From: a virus
IMG/VR virus record: IMGVR_UViG_3300028833_000155
Coordinates: 1,644 to 65,643 of that record
Length of the DNA stretch: 64,000 nt
Reading direction: 5' to 3' (one strand)
Within the stretch, counting starts at the first letter, position 1. The number at the start of each line of letters is the position of its first letter. Shown here piece after piece: positions 28,139 through 38,828 of the stretch. Position numbers and translations under genes: made by a program. Below the pieces are notes generated by a model. That model made no database searches. It saw nothing but the letters and a program-made list of their open reading frames with translations, and was not told where the DNA came from.

Positions 28139-30322
28139 ATGTTTGTAATCAAAAGAGACGGTTCAAAAGAAGAATTCAATGCTGAGAAGATTGAGAGTGC
28201 TATTCTAAAGGCTTTTGATGCTCAACTGTATGACCTTTCCATAGAGGACAAAGCTGAAATTAAAGCTTTCTGCAAAAGCCTTAACAGAAACAAGGAACAG
28301 TCTGTGGAGGATATTCAGGATGAGGTGGAGCAATTCCTTACCATCCATGCTGCTTGGTGGTATGTGGGCAAGGCTTACATGCTCTACAGGGAGCAGCATA
28401 AGCAAGCTCGTCTCATCAGTGAGAAGATTAAGTACATTCATAGGTACACCGATTCTTCTGAATCTGCTACTAATCTCTCTAACACAGATGACAATGCAAA
28501 TAGCAACAAGAAGACTGCTGCAACTCTTGAGGGGGAGCTATACAAGAATAACTCCCGCATCATACAGAGGAATCAGATGAAGGAACTGCTTGCTGAGATA
28601 GGTTCTCCATATAGGGATCAGTACATAAAAGATCTGGAACATCACATCATTTATCAGCATGATGAAAGTTGCCCAGTACTGAAGCCTTATTGTTCAGCAT
28701 ATACTCTTTATCCTCTTCTGGTAGATGGAACTACTAATGTGGATGGAACTAAAAACAAGGCCCCTAAGCATCTGAGCTCTTTCTGTGGACAGTTCTGTAA
28801 CTTGGTATTCTTGCTCTCTGCCCAAAAGAAAGGAGCTGGGGCATACGGGGAATTCTTCAATTTCTTTAGCTATTTTTGCGAGAAGGAATGGGGAGAGAAT
28901 TATTGGCAAAAACCAGACATGGTTATTACCAATGAGTACAATCTGGAACAGAAAACTATCGGGTCTGTCATTGATCAGTATTTCCAGTCTGTAACTCATT
29001 ACATCAATCAACCCGCCTCCAATCGTTGTTATCAAAGTCCCTTTACAAACTTCAATGTCTTTGACTCCTACTATTGGCATACCATGTTTGATGATTTCTA
29101 CTTCCCCGATGGTACTCAACCCCACTGGGAAGCAGTCAACTGGCTCCAGAAGAGATACATGAAATGGCTTAATGAAGAAAGGACTCATACACTATTGACA
29201 TTTCCTGTTATGACAGTATGCCTCCTTACTGATGGTAAGGATGTCCTTGACAAGGAGTATAAGGACTTTGTAACTACTCAATGGGCTGAAGGTGATAGTT
29301 TCTTTGTATATCTATCAGAGAATGCTGACTCAATCTCAAGTTGTTGCAGACTCCGCAATGAAATCACAGAGAATACTTTCTCTTCTACCACAGGTCTTAC
29401 TGGTGTCCAGACAGGTTCATGTAATGTAATGACTCTTAACCTTAATAGGATTGTGCAGGATTGGGCTGAATGGTATTGGCAGTCAAACAAAGGGAACATA
29501 GAACTTTTAAGAGCACAATGGGGAATAGATACATCTCTTGCAATAGCTCTTGAAAAACATCTTAAACTTATCCTTGATAGAGTCTATGACTATCAGAAAG
29601 CCTATAAGACAGGTCTCTACAAGATGGATGCACAAGGTATGTTTCCTCAGACAAAAGCAGGATATATCTCTTTTGACAAGCTCTACTGTACAATAGGTGT
29701 CAATGGTCTTAATGAAGCAGCAAGATTCTTAGGTCTTAAAGTTTCTAATAACAAAGACTATATGGACTTTGCTTCATGGATTCTTGGTATCATCAAGGAC
29801 TATAACAAGCAGCATTCTGAAAAGAAGTTTATGTTCAATTTGGAACTAGTTCCTGCTGAAAGCCTTGGTGTCAAGAACTATAATTGGGATAAGGCTGAAA
29901 ACTATTGGGTTCCTGAGGATGAGAATCTCTATAATTCTTATATCTATGATGCTCATGATGACACTTCTATCCTTGACAAGATTGCCATGCAGGGAGGTCA
30001 GATTGCAAAGTCCATTGATGGTGGACAAGCCAGTCATCTGAATCTACAGGATAATCTTGATAAAGAACAGTATACCAAACTCTTGGAGTATGCTGTACAG
30101 GTTGGTAATTCTTATATCACCTTCAATGTTCCACAGACTCAGTGTGACTCTTGTGGCTTTATTGCCAAGCACCCTTTTGATACTTGCCCTCATTGTAGCT
30201 CCAATAAGGTTACTCAATGGACAAGGATAATTGGCTACTTACGGCCCATCAAGACATGGAGTGAAGCAAGACAAAAGGAAGGTTCTAATAGAATGTTTGC
30301 TAAAAAAGAAACTATATGCTAA
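28139..30322 (+). CDS. nrdD: Anaerobic (class III) ribonucleotide reductase
   Basis: ATP cone VIKRDG, IYQHD, SCCRL, PAES, CxxC..CxxC, TRIIGYL glycyl-radical motif. Confidence 0.93.
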   Translation: MFVIKRDGSKEEFNAEKIESAILKAFDAQLYDLSIEDKAEIKAFCKSLNRNKEQSVEDIQDEVEQFLTIHAAWWYVGKAYMLYREQHKQARLISEKIKYIHRYTDSSESATNLSNTDDNANSNKKTAATLEGELYKNNSRIIQRNQMKELLAEIGSPYRDQYIKDLEHHIIYQHDESCPVLKPYCSAYTLYPLLVDGTTNVDGTKNKAPKHLSSFCGQFCNLVFLLSAQKKGAGAYGEFFNFFSYFCEKEWGENYWQKPDMVITNEYNLEQKTIGSVIDQYFQSVTHYINQPASNRCYQSPFTNFNVFDSYYWHTMFDDFYFPDGTQPHWEAVNWLQKRYMKWLNEERTHTLLTFPVMTVCLLTDGKDVLDKEYKDFVTTQWAEGDSFFVYLSENADSISSCCRLRNEITENTFSSTTGLTGVQTGSCNVMTLNLNRIVQDWAEWYWQSNKGNIELLRAQWGIDTSLAIALEKHLKLILDRVYDYQKAYKTGLYKMDAQGMFPQTKAGYISFDKLYCTIGVNGLNEAARFLGLKVSNNKDYMDFASWILGIIKDYNKQHSEKKFMFNLELVPAESLGVKNYNWDKAENYWVPEDENLYNSYIYDAHDDTSILDKIAMQGGQIAKSIDGGQASHLNLQDNLDKEQYTKLLEYAVQVGNSYITFNVPQTQCDSCGFIAKHPFDTCPHCSSNKVTQWTRIIGYLRPIKTWSEARQKEGSNRMFAKKETIC

Positions 30323-30819
30323 AGTATTTATTTTGCAAAGAAGTTTTCAGAGAAATCCCAGGTGAGATAAGCCTGGGACTCTCTATCTCTGGCTGCCAGA
30401 TTCATTGTGTTGGATGCAATCAAAGAGAGCTTTGGGAAGACAAAGGCACTCCACTTGATGTAGAAACCCTATGTGGCTTGCTTAATCAGCATAATGGTAT
30501 TACATGCCTGTTGCTATTAGGTGGGGAACATGACATAGATGCTCTCACAGAACTGTTTATGTATGCCCATAAGAGGGTCAAGACTGCCTGGTATTGTGGT
30601 CTTGATATTCTGCCCAAAAAACATTTAGGTATATATAACTATCTCGATTTTATCAAGCTTGGTCACTTTGACATAGAGCTTGGAGGCTTGGATTCTCCTA
30701 CCACCAATCAGAGGCTTTATATGCTGGAGCATCAGGGAGATGGTAATTATTGGCAGACTGACATTACATCATTATTACAAAGAAACACTGTGCAAGCTGG
30801 TTTTGCCAGCTTGAAATAA
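30316..30819 (+). CDS. nrdG: Class III RNR activase (radical SAM)
   Basis: GCQIHCVGC, LGGE, TNQR; adjacent to nrdD. Confidence 0.9.
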   Translation: MLKYLFCKEVFREIPGEISLGLSISGCQIHCVGCNQRELWEDKGTPLDVETLCGLLNQHNGITCLLLLGGEHDIDALTELFMYAHKRVKTAWYCGLDILPKKHLGIYNYLDFIKLGHFDIELGGLDSPTTNQRLYMLEHQGDGNYWQTDITSLLQRNTVQAGFASLK

Positions 30820-30964
30820 AAACAATGGATTACAACAGACCATACAAACTGAAGGACTGGATAAGATGCCTTGAAGACATTGGTAAAGAGTTCCCTGGCA
30901 GTAATACCAATATCAACACTGCCATTAAAAGTTTTAAATTACAATTAAAAGAATTAGAAAAGAA

Positions 30965-31450
30965 ATGAAAAGAACAGTAAAAGTATTAAAACATAGTGAT
31001 ATTGCTAACATAGTTATTAATGAAAATGGAGACTGCTATGACCTGATAGCAGTAGAAGACTGTACAATAACTCCTAATAAATCCCATCTGATTTCCTTAG
31101 GAATTTCCATGAAACTTCCATCAGGCTGTGTGGCAAAGATATATGACCGCAGCAGTAATCCAAAGAAAAGGTATTTCTTTCTTGCAAATGGTGTCGGGTA
31201 TATTGATAACAGCTATAATGGAATGTCTGATATATGGAAATTTCAGGCAGCAGCTATCAGGTCAGCACACTATGAGACAGCAAAAGTCCGCAAAGGAGAC
31301 AGAATATGTCAGTTTGAAATCTGTCTCAGTCAGAAGGCAACAGTATGGCAGAAGTTTCTCTGGCTCTTTACCAATGGCTATAAGTTTGAATATGTAGACT
31401 CACTGGAAGATAACAATCGCGGAGGTTTCGGGTCTACTGATAAAAACTAA
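30965..31450 (+). CDS. dut: Trimeric dUTPase
   Basis: DRSS, GYIDNSY, GDRICQ, RGGFGST. Confidence 0.9.
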   Translation: MKRTVKVLKHSDIANIVINENGDCYDLIAVEDCTITPNKSHLISLGISMKLPSGCVAKIYDRSSNPKKRYFFLANGVGYIDNSYNGMSDIWKFQAAAIRSAHYETAKVRKGDRICQFEICLSQKATVWQKFLWLFTNGYKFEYVDSLEDNNRGGFGSTDKN

Positions 31451-31477
31451 CCTCTTATTATATTAAAAGTAAAATCT

Positions 31478-31903
31478 ATGAAAAAGAATCATAACTCTTT
31501 CCTCTCATTCTCATTAGCTAAAGGATTTACCAGTCCCAACATTCCTATTGCTACTTTCTATCAAGGTGACAAGGAACTTAATTTCATCATTGATACAGGC
31601 TCTGATGATAATGTAATCAACAAAGAGGCACTTGATAGCATAGAATATGAAAAAACTGACCATAAAGGTGCTCTGTCAGGAGTAGGGGGCACCTTTGAAG
31701 TAGGAGGTTGTAATATCACATTCCAGTATGAAGGAGAGACTTTCACAGGAATGTTCATTATCTCAGACAATCTTAAGGAGGCATTTGATAATATCCGCAA
31801 GTGCCATGCCATACCTCTTCATGGTATGCTTGGTTCCAAGTTCCTTAAAGAGAACAATATTGTTTTGGACTTTAAGAATCTCACAGCTTATAGCAAGAAA
31901 TGA
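31478..31903 (+). CDS. Retropepsin-like aspartic protease
   Basis: FIIDTGS, GVGG flap, GMLGSKFL. Confidence 0.8.
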   Translation: MKKNHNSFLSFSLAKGFTSPNIPIATFYQGDKELNFIIDTGSDDNVINKEALDSIEYEKTDHKGALSGVGGTFEVGGCNITFQYEGETFTGMFIISDNLKEAFDNIRKCHAIPLHGMLGSKFLKENNIVLDFKNLTAYSKK

Positions 31904-34900
31904 TTTATTATGTTACCACTCAACAGGAAGCCTTTGAACATGACCAGTATCAAGTGTGTTCTGTAGAGGAGTCTCTAAAACTTATTGACTCTTTTACAGC
32001 CCACATGGTTCAGTTTGATACGGAGACCACAGGTTTAGATCCGCATATTGATAAAGTTCTATTGGTTCAATTTGGTAATATTGAAGGGACTATACAAATA
32101 GTTGTCAATGCTTCTGAGGTAAATATCAGATTATATAAGGATGTCATCGAAACCTCCTTTATCATAGGTCAGAACCTCAAGTTTGATATTAAAGTCATGT
32201 TTAGCTTTGATATTATCATTCGGAACTGTTATGATACCATGACCGCAGAGCAAGTACTCTATATGGGTTATCCAAACTTCATGGTAGGCTGTACTGAGGA
32301 GCAGATGATGGCTTATTGTAAGTATGTGGATGGTGTACAAGAATGGGAAGACCTAAAGAAAGATGAAAAGAAGAAAAGGCTCTACAGAGACATTCCCGAT
32401 GTAGCAGAATTTATCTATGAGCATAGTGGTGTTGGATTAAAAGCTTTGGTCTATAGATACTTTGGTGATGAAATGTCTAAGAAAGTAAGAGAAGAGTTTA
32501 CTCAAGACCTTGATGAGTTGGAAAGCAAACATATTATTTATGCTGCCAAAGATGTTCAGCCTCTTTTTAGACTTATGCGAATGCAAGTACAAAGGTTGAA
32601 GAGACTCAATCTTATCCAAGCAACCAAGGTAGAGTGTGAGTTTATTCCAGCTGTAGCCTATTATGAGTGGTGTGGTGTACACATGAATGTTTCTTTGTGG
32701 CAGCAGAAGATGGCATCTGACTATAAAAAGATGTCTGAAGCTTTGGATAAACTCAACCAATATGTAGTAGACTTTGGAGATAGTAGATTTCTAAAGATTA
32801 ATCTACAGGGGGATTTGTTCCTAGGATGGGACACAGCCCCAAAGTGTAATATCAACTGGAACTCCAACAAACAGGTTATTCCTTTTCTGACTGCCTTGGG
32901 CTTCAACTGTAGGGGTATTGACAAGAAGACCAAAGAAGAAAAAGACAGTATTGATGCCTCGGTCTTAGAGCCTCAGAGGCATGTAAATCCTGAGTTCTAT
33001 GATGTTTATCTGGCCTACACAGAAGCTCAAAAGGTATGCAGTACTTATGGTCAAAACTATCTGAATGCTATCAATCCTAATACCAACAGAGTGCATACTG
33101 TTTTCAGAGCACTTGGCACTGACACAGGAAGACTGGCTTGTGGCTCTCAAAAACAGAATAATTCTCTTGCCAAGCTTAAGGGATTGCCTGTAGCTAAGAA
33201 TGATGTGAAAGATACTAAGCTTAAATGTGCATATCCTCAGCTTCAGAATCTTCCTGCTGATGAGATAACAAGGGCTTGTTTCTGTGCGGAAAAAGGCAAT
33301 GTATGGATTTCTGTGGATTATTGTGGACAAGAATCTGTTTTAATGGCAGATTTTTCTCAGGATAAGGCTATGATGGATGTTTTCCTTAAAGGAGAAGATA
33401 TGCATTCAACTGTAGCCTATATGATTTTCCCTAATAATATTCCCCGTGATACTCCTATTAAAGACATCAAGAAACTTTATAAATACTTTAGACAGGAAGC
33501 TAAGGGGCCTGAGTTCTGCTTTGCCTATGCTGGAAATGACAGTACCTTAGTCCAGCAATATGGTATGGATAAGGATGTTGCCAAAAATATCTATGACAAT
33601 TATATGAAGGGTTTTCCTGGAATTGCAAAGTTTCAGGCAAAGCAAAAAAGGTTTGTAGTAGATAATGGTTATATTCTTATATCCCCTGTTACTGGTCATA
33701 AGGCCTTCTGGTGGGATTGGAAGTGGTGGAAGAAGGTACAGGCCTCTTATACTCCAGAGTTTTGGGAAGAATACAGAGCATATCATAAAGGTACTGGTGA
33801 TGAGGTAGCAAGAAAAGTCTCTAAACATTTTAAGGCCAAAACCAAATGGGAGAAGAATGCATGTAACAGCCCCTTACAGGGTTAATACCATAGCCCTGGG
33901 TAAACTCCTTAAATTCGGTGAACCCTGAGATGGGAATACCGAGCCAAGCTTAATGGTAACATTAAGAAGGTGTAACGACTAGTGTAAGGAATCCTTAACA
34001 GGATGGTAAAACACCACGAAAAGGGAGAATATATTTGTAATTTTGAAAACAATTAATCACAAAATATAATCTAAAGTGTAAAAATTGTTTTCAAATGGGG
34101 ACTAAAATTTGTAGTAAATGTGGTAAAGAATTACCCATAACAGAGTTCGGATTAAATCCTATGAGTAAAGGAGGACATATACGTCATTGTAAAAGATGTG
34201 CCAGTAAAAACCCTCCACCTGAATATCTTACGTGTCCTATATGTAAGGAGACCAAGCCTTATTATAATTTTCCTGTTGCCTCGAAAGGTAAATATGGGAG
34301 AAGTTGGGCATGTACAGACTGTACGGGAAAATATACTTTCAATGAATTGAGAAATCTTAGAAACACTACAGATGAGGAATATCATAGGAAAAGGTGTCTT
34401 CAACGAAATGAAAGTAAACGTAAGAATTTTATTCATAACATGTGGAAATCCGCACAAAAAAGAGCACAAAAGCATGGCTTGAACTTTAATATTGAAGAAA
34501 CTGATATTGTTATCCCATCAATATGCCCAATCTTAGAAGTTCCATTCAAATATGGAACAAAAGGAGATTATAAATACTCCCCATCAATAGATAGAATTGA
34601 TAATACTAAGGGATATATAAAAGGTAATATTCAAGTTATTTCAAGTCTTGCAAACACAATGAAAAATGCTGCTTCTTTTGAAGAACTACAAAAGTTTTGT
34701 ACAAATATATTAAGATATAGTCTAAGCAATGGGGAAAAGGAACCCATTGAACCAGAGGATAAAGAGCCTCTGGGGTAATATTACTGACAGGTGCATGTAT
34801 TTTCAAAAAGTTCAACAAGAGACTCTTTGACTGGATAGTGGATAATGGCTATTTCAATATAGTTAAACTCTGTATTCCTGTCCATGATGAAACGAATGTA

Positions 34901-35032
34901 GAAGCCCCTAAAGAAATAGCAGAAACCGTTAGGAATACAATTCAAACTATTATGAAAGCAGAAGCTCAACCCTTTCTCAAATCCCTTACATTAGATTCTG
35001 ATGCTTCTGTATCAGACCATTGGATTCATTAA
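31900..35032 (+). CDS. polA: Family A DNA polymerase, spliced: exons 31900-33882 and 34787-35032 (742 aa)
   Basis: Exonuclease FDTET, NLKFD, YAAKD; TGRL; motif A VDYCGQE; motif B RQEAKGPEF..Y; junction restores NSPLQG|TGACIFK; motif C VHDE in exon 2. Confidence 0.92.
33883..34786 (+). mobile_element. Group I intron (904 nt) in polA
   Basis: P1 CAGGGU/GCCCTG(33893); AAATTCGGTGAA and AATACCGAGC; P7 GACTA/TAGTC; terminal G at 34786; intron opens with TAA. Confidence 0.9.
34095..34778 (+). CDS. Intron-encoded HNH-type homing endonuclease with zinc ribbons
   Basis: Four CxxC pairs; CPIL...SIDRIDNTKGYIKGNIQVIS..AN..K. Confidence 0.85.
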   Translation: MGTKICSKCGKELPITEFGLNPMSKGGHIRHCKRCASKNPPPEYLTCPICKETKPYYNFPVASKGKYGRSWACTDCTGKYTFNELRNLRNTTDEEYHRKRCLQRNESKRKNFIHNMWKSAQKRAQKHGLNFNIEETDIVIPSICPILEVPFKYGTKGDYKYSPSIDRIDNTKGYIKGNIQVISSLANTMKNAASFEELQKFCTNILRYSLSNGEKEPIEPEDKEPLG

Positions 35033-35042
35033 ATTTATAAGT

Positions 35043-35246
35043 ATGAAAACAAGTAATATTCCTGTAGTCATTCAACTTTCTAAAGAGCAAGTAAATTCTC
35101 TCAAACAATTCTGTGATGATAATCCCATACAAGGAGTAGTATTAATTAAGCAGTCATCAGAATCTGGCATTGGTCTCACTACCAAGGTTATGGTCAAAGA
35201 CCTGCCAGAAACCATTACAAACATAACAGATATTGATTCATGGTAA
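35043..35246 (+). CDS. Hypothetical protein
   Basis: ATG at 35043 after the polA stop; SGIG...ITDIDSW. Confidence 0.55.
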   Translation: MKTSNIPVVIQLSKEQVNSLKQFCDDNPIQGVVLIKQSSESGIGLTTKVMVKDLPETITNITDIDSW

Positions 35247-35247
35247 T

Positions 35248-35505
35248 ATGGAACTAATAAGAACATTAAGAGAAAAACATCAGACTGCAAGACAGGCTGA
35301 AATACATCAACAAGCAGAGGAGTTAATAACTATTCAGGATTTTGACAACAGTCTCTTCATTGCCTATAATGGCACTCCTCTTGCCCCTATCGACTCCTCA
35401 TGGACTACCAAGGAAATAGTCCAGCAGCTCTCTGTATTTAGAAGTAACTTTATCAACTCAAGGATGAAGGAAGCTAATCGTCCAAGGGTTGCAGCAATGT
35501 TATAA
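35248..35505 (+). CDS. Hypothetical protein
   Basis: ATG at 35248, in frame with the track ORF. Confidence 0.6.
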   Translation: MELIRTLREKHQTARQAEIHQQAEELITIQDFDNSLFIAYNGTPLAPIDSSWTTKEIVQQLSVFRSNFINSRMKEANRPRVAAML

Positions 35506-35530
35506 TCCGACAGTATAATAATGTAGATTT

Positions 35531-35992
35531 ATGCTTATAGAAGTAAAAGTAAAGGTTGCCAGAGTCATTGATGGAAAGACCAGAAAGAGAACTGAAACCT
35601 ATGTGATGGACAAGGAGTTCTTCTCTCAGGCAGAGTATGCTGTTACAGAACTGCTGAATGAGGATACTACCATTGAGGATTTTCAGATTCAGAACCTCAA
35701 GTTGTCTCAGATTAAGGAGATTGATGACCAGAGTATTAACAACTCCATCCCCTCCTTCATAGCTACTCTCATAGACATCTTCCTACATGATGATGGTACA
35801 GAGAAAAAGCTAAAATATAAAGTTCTCTTATGGGCAGACAACCTTACAGCAGCAAACCGTAGGGCCAATGAACTGTCTCATCAAGGCTATGACATGCAGA
35901 TAGAAGGTATTAAACAGGTAGATTATGAGTATTTGGCTGAACAGACTAATCAGGAAGAGGAAGCAGAAAGGGAAAGTCAACAATCTTATTGA
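35531..35992 (+). CDS. DUF4494-like protein
   Basis: IEVKVK...TETY....FSQAE...DDGTEKKLKYKVL..A pattern typical of Bacteroidetes DUF4494. Confidence 0.65.
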   Translation: MLIEVKVKVARVIDGKTRKRTETYVMDKEFFSQAEYAVTELLNEDTTIEDFQIQNLKLSQIKEIDDQSINNSIPSFIATLIDIFLHDDGTEKKLKYKVLLWADNLTAANRRANELSHQGYDMQIEGIKQVDYEYLAEQTNQEEEAERESQQSY

Positions 35993-36419
35993 TGTATTAT
36001 TAAATAATCCAGTAATAACTTTTGAAGCAATGAAAGAAAATTCCAGTACCTATGCACAACTTGCAGATATTATGCAGAAAGAATTTGACAAACAACAGGA
36101 AAGGAAAAGGAAAATGCATTTAGTTGACCAAATGGCATTGGAAGAGTTGAAGCATAATGGACCTTACTTTTCTGACATATTGAAGGAGATGCAGGAGCTG
36201 TACAACAGAAAGAACCATGACTATGGTAACAGCTTCTCTGAAACTATCCAGGAATTTGGTTTTACTCCTGCTATAGCCCGCATCAATGACAAACTCAAGA
36301 GAGTCAAACAGATGGTCAAGGGAGAGCAGATGCATATCAATGAATCCATGAGGGATAATCTCATTGACATTGCAAACTATTGTATTCTTACTATTATTGA
36401 AATAGATAAATCCTCATAG
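35925..36419 (+). CDS. DUF1599 (nucleotide-modification-associated domain 1) protein
   Basis: KNHDYGNSF...RINDKLKR...ES..D..IDIANY. Confidence 0.75.
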   Translation: MSIWLNRLIRKRKQKGKVNNLIDVLLNNPVITFEAMKENSSTYAQLADIMQKEFDKQQERKRKMHLVDQMALEELKHNGPYFSDILKEMQELYNRKNHDYGNSFSETIQEFGFTPAIARINDKLKRVKQMVKGEQMHINESMRDNLIDIANYCILTIIEIDKSS

Positions 36420-36420
36420 A

Positions 36421-36984
36421 ATGGAACAGGATGATACTATAGTATATGACCTCTCTGATTTTACCAAACTCAGGGAAGAAGGAAGACTTAATGAGAAGAA
36501 GGCCCCTCTTGTTAACCCTGTCAGAGAATATACCCTTGACGGAAAATTTATCAGAATGTGGAATAGTGTCAAGCAGGTAGCAACTGCCTTTGGTGTTCCC
36601 CATAGTACCATTCACTCTTGTATCAGAGGTAAAAGATTGTCTGTCAAAGGCAGAATATTTCTTCAAGACTTAGATAAAGTAGAAGACAGACTACTTCTTA
36701 TTCAGAAAGAAAAGGAGAGGCAAGAACTCATTAAGAGTGCTGAAGAAGAATACAAGAAAACCTGTCAGATTAATGTTTATACTTCATCCGGAGAGTTTCT
36801 GAGATCATGCTATAGTATTGCAGAGGCATCAAGGATTTATGCTATACCAAAAAGCTCTGTAGATAATAATCTAAGAAATAAGGTTTCTGTTACTAATGGT
36901 CTTTGCTTTCTCCATAGTGATGAAGATATTACTGACAGGCTAAAGAAAATTAAGAAACGTAAAACCCATAAAAAGAATTTATAG
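36421..36984 (+). CDS. Tandem NUMOD1 DNA-binding domain protein
   Basis: VREYTLDGKFIRMWNSVKQVA and INVYTSSGEFLRSCYSIAEAS repeats; no nuclease motif recognised. Confidence 0.7.
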   Translation: MEQDDTIVYDLSDFTKLREEGRLNEKKAPLVNPVREYTLDGKFIRMWNSVKQVATAFGVPHSTIHSCIRGKRLSVKGRIFLQDLDKVEDRLLLIQKEKERQELIKSAEEEYKKTCQINVYTSSGEFLRSCYSIAEASRIYAIPKSSVDNNLRNKVSVTNGLCFLHSDEDITDRLKKIKKRKTHKKNL

Positions 36985-36986
36985 TT

Positions 36987-37445
36987 ATGAAAGAAATAAC
37001 AAAAGAGCGTACTAAAGTAGAGAAGTACATAGTATATGAGGCTGTAGATGGTACAGAATTTGATTTTAAGGAGGATTGTGAAGCGTATGATAACAGTGCC
37101 AAAGGTGTACTCAGAGGCAAGTTAAAAGCCCTCATAGTCAACGACGAATATAATGGTTGGGACTTGATGGGGGGCAATGAAGCCAATACTATCATTGCTG
37201 TTAAAGTTACTACAGAAGCAGACATAGATGTTGTGCTTCAGAATTATTATCTTGACCGGCCTGGGATACTTATGGATGAAAATCAGGAATCTAAGGCTAA
37301 ACTTATCCTTGCAGTCAATCAGGCATATAGAGAGCAAGATGTCATCCTCTTTGGTTTTAACTGTAATGATGATTTATACCTCATAGACACCCGCAATAAC
37401 ATCATAGATCGCCTTAATAAGTTAGATAAGGAGGAAAAGGAATGA
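36987..37445 (+). CDS. Hypothetical protein
   Basis: YEAVDGTEF..KEDCEAY motif. Confidence 0.65.
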   Translation: MKEITKERTKVEKYIVYEAVDGTEFDFKEDCEAYDNSAKGVLRGKLKALIVNDEYNGWDLMGGNEANTIIAVKVTTEADIDVVLQNYYLDRPGILMDENQESKAKLILAVNQAYREQDVILFGFNCNDDLYLIDTRNNIIDRLNKLDKEEKE

Positions 37446-37894
37446 GTTTATCAAATTATCCCCCAGGAGTTTCAGATTACACTTGGGATGCTCCATGGAA
37501 CGAATCTGAAATCCCAGAAGAAGACTTTGAAATAACCTGTTCTCAAACACTAAGCAAGACAGTCACAGTAACTACCAATAATTATATCCCTGGTGCATCT
37601 GGGTGTGACTATGAACCTGATGATGAGGGAGGATATTATGCCTCTGCATGGCACGAGGACCCTGACACCTCTGATACCAACTGGGCAGAAGAGTATAAGG
37701 AAAATGGTTTTAAAACGCCCTTGGAACTTATAGGACTTCTGAAGGAATATCTTGAAAAAGACCTTAGAAATATTCAAAAGGATATGTTACCTAATGACAG
37801 GAGCTATAAAGCTACGGAAGCACGAATACTTAAAGGTCTTATTGGAGAGTGTGAAGGATGGGTAGAAGATGAAACTGAAGTAATAGAGAACTGA
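37442..37894 (+). CDS. Hypothetical acidic protein
   Basis: NYPPG....APWNE N-terminus. Confidence 0.65.
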   Translation: MSLSNYPPGVSDYTWDAPWNESEIPEEDFEITCSQTLSKTVTVTTNNYIPGASGCDYEPDDEGGYYASAWHEDPDTSDTNWAEEYKENGFKTPLELIGLLKEYLEKDLRNIQKDMLPNDRSYKATEARILKGLIGECEGWVEDETEVIEN

Positions 37895-37895
37895 C

Positions 37896-38171
37896 ATGAT
37901 TATACTGAAGATTATAGTTTTTGTAACAGCCATCGCATTGTTTATAAGTCTCAATGCACTTCTGATTCTTGGTATCAAATACCTTGTATGGTTCTACTTT
38001 AGGTCATGCAAACACTGTGGCCATAACATGAAGTACAAAGGGCTGAAGGAGGATAGTGGAAGTGGGCATTTCCTATTCCACTGTCCTCATTGTGGTGCTT
38101 GGCAACAAATCCCTAAAGATATATTCCTCAAGAACTTTATATACAAAGATTATGACCCTCTAAATAAATAA
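37896..38171 (+). CDS. Membrane-anchored zinc-ribbon protein
   Basis: N-terminal hydrophobic helix; CKHC...CPHC. Confidence 0.6.
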   Translation: MIILKIIVFVTAIALFISLNALLILGIKYLVWFYFRSCKHCGHNMKYKGLKEDSGSGHFLFHCPHCGAWQQIPKDIFLKNFIYKDYDPLNK

Positions 38172-38173
38172 CT

Positions 38174-38650
38174 ATGATATTGAATGAAAAAGGAGCTATC
38201 AAACAGTTCGGTCTGGTAATATATCCAGTCAATTTTGTAGTGGTAATTGGAGAAATGGAAGAGGAAGTAAATACTCTTTATCAGCCTTATGAGAAAGGTT
38301 ATGAGGATGTCCATATTGCTCCTCCATCTTCTACAGGATGTACTTATAGGGTAAGAGAAAGAGAAACTGGTATTCCCTGCATACTGATATGGATAGGTAA
38401 GAAAGATGAGTTTACCTCTTCTATTGTAGCCCATGAATGTGCTCATGCTACTCTTGAGATATGGAGTTATATTAATTCTGAGGTATCTCTTTCCAATCAA
38501 GAACCTTTCTGCTATCTTCTTGGTAATCTGATGAGACTTGCTGTAGGATGCTTCTATGAGATTCCTGGTGTTAAGCCTCCAGTAGTCAGTAAAGATGCTT
38601 TTGTGAATCCTACAAGAGTAAAGAAAAGTAAAACAACCAAAAAGAAATAA
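38174..38650 (+). CDS. Zincin-like metalloprotein
   Basis: VAHECAHA...QEPFCYL (HExxH plus downstream E). Confidence 0.65.
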   Translation: MILNEKGAIKQFGLVIYPVNFVVVIGEMEEEVNTLYQPYEKGYEDVHIAPPSSTGCTYRVRERETGIPCILIWIGKKDEFTSSIVAHECAHATLEIWSYINSEVSLSNQEPFCYLLGNLMRLAVGCFYEIPGVKPPVVSKDAFVNPTRVKKSKTTKKK

Positions 38651-38828
38651 CTATGGAGCATCTTACAATCCTTGACTTTACTACAGGAGATGTGGACATC
38701 TATCCTATAGAGTATGGGTATGAGCCAGACATGGATGAACTGTTGAAAAAACTTGGTCATAGTGCCAATAACTGCCAGTGGATGTTTGGAACAGGTAACA
38801 TAACATTTCATAAAGAAACATTAAGCGA

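Noticed and set aside
28139-30322. Intron or intein in nrdD (also checked for DnaB and RNAP)
   Set aside because: Frames are continuous and no intein splice motifs or LAGLIDADG insert were recognised
34838-35032. Independent 64-aa gene
   Set aside because: It is the 3' exon of polA and contains motif C
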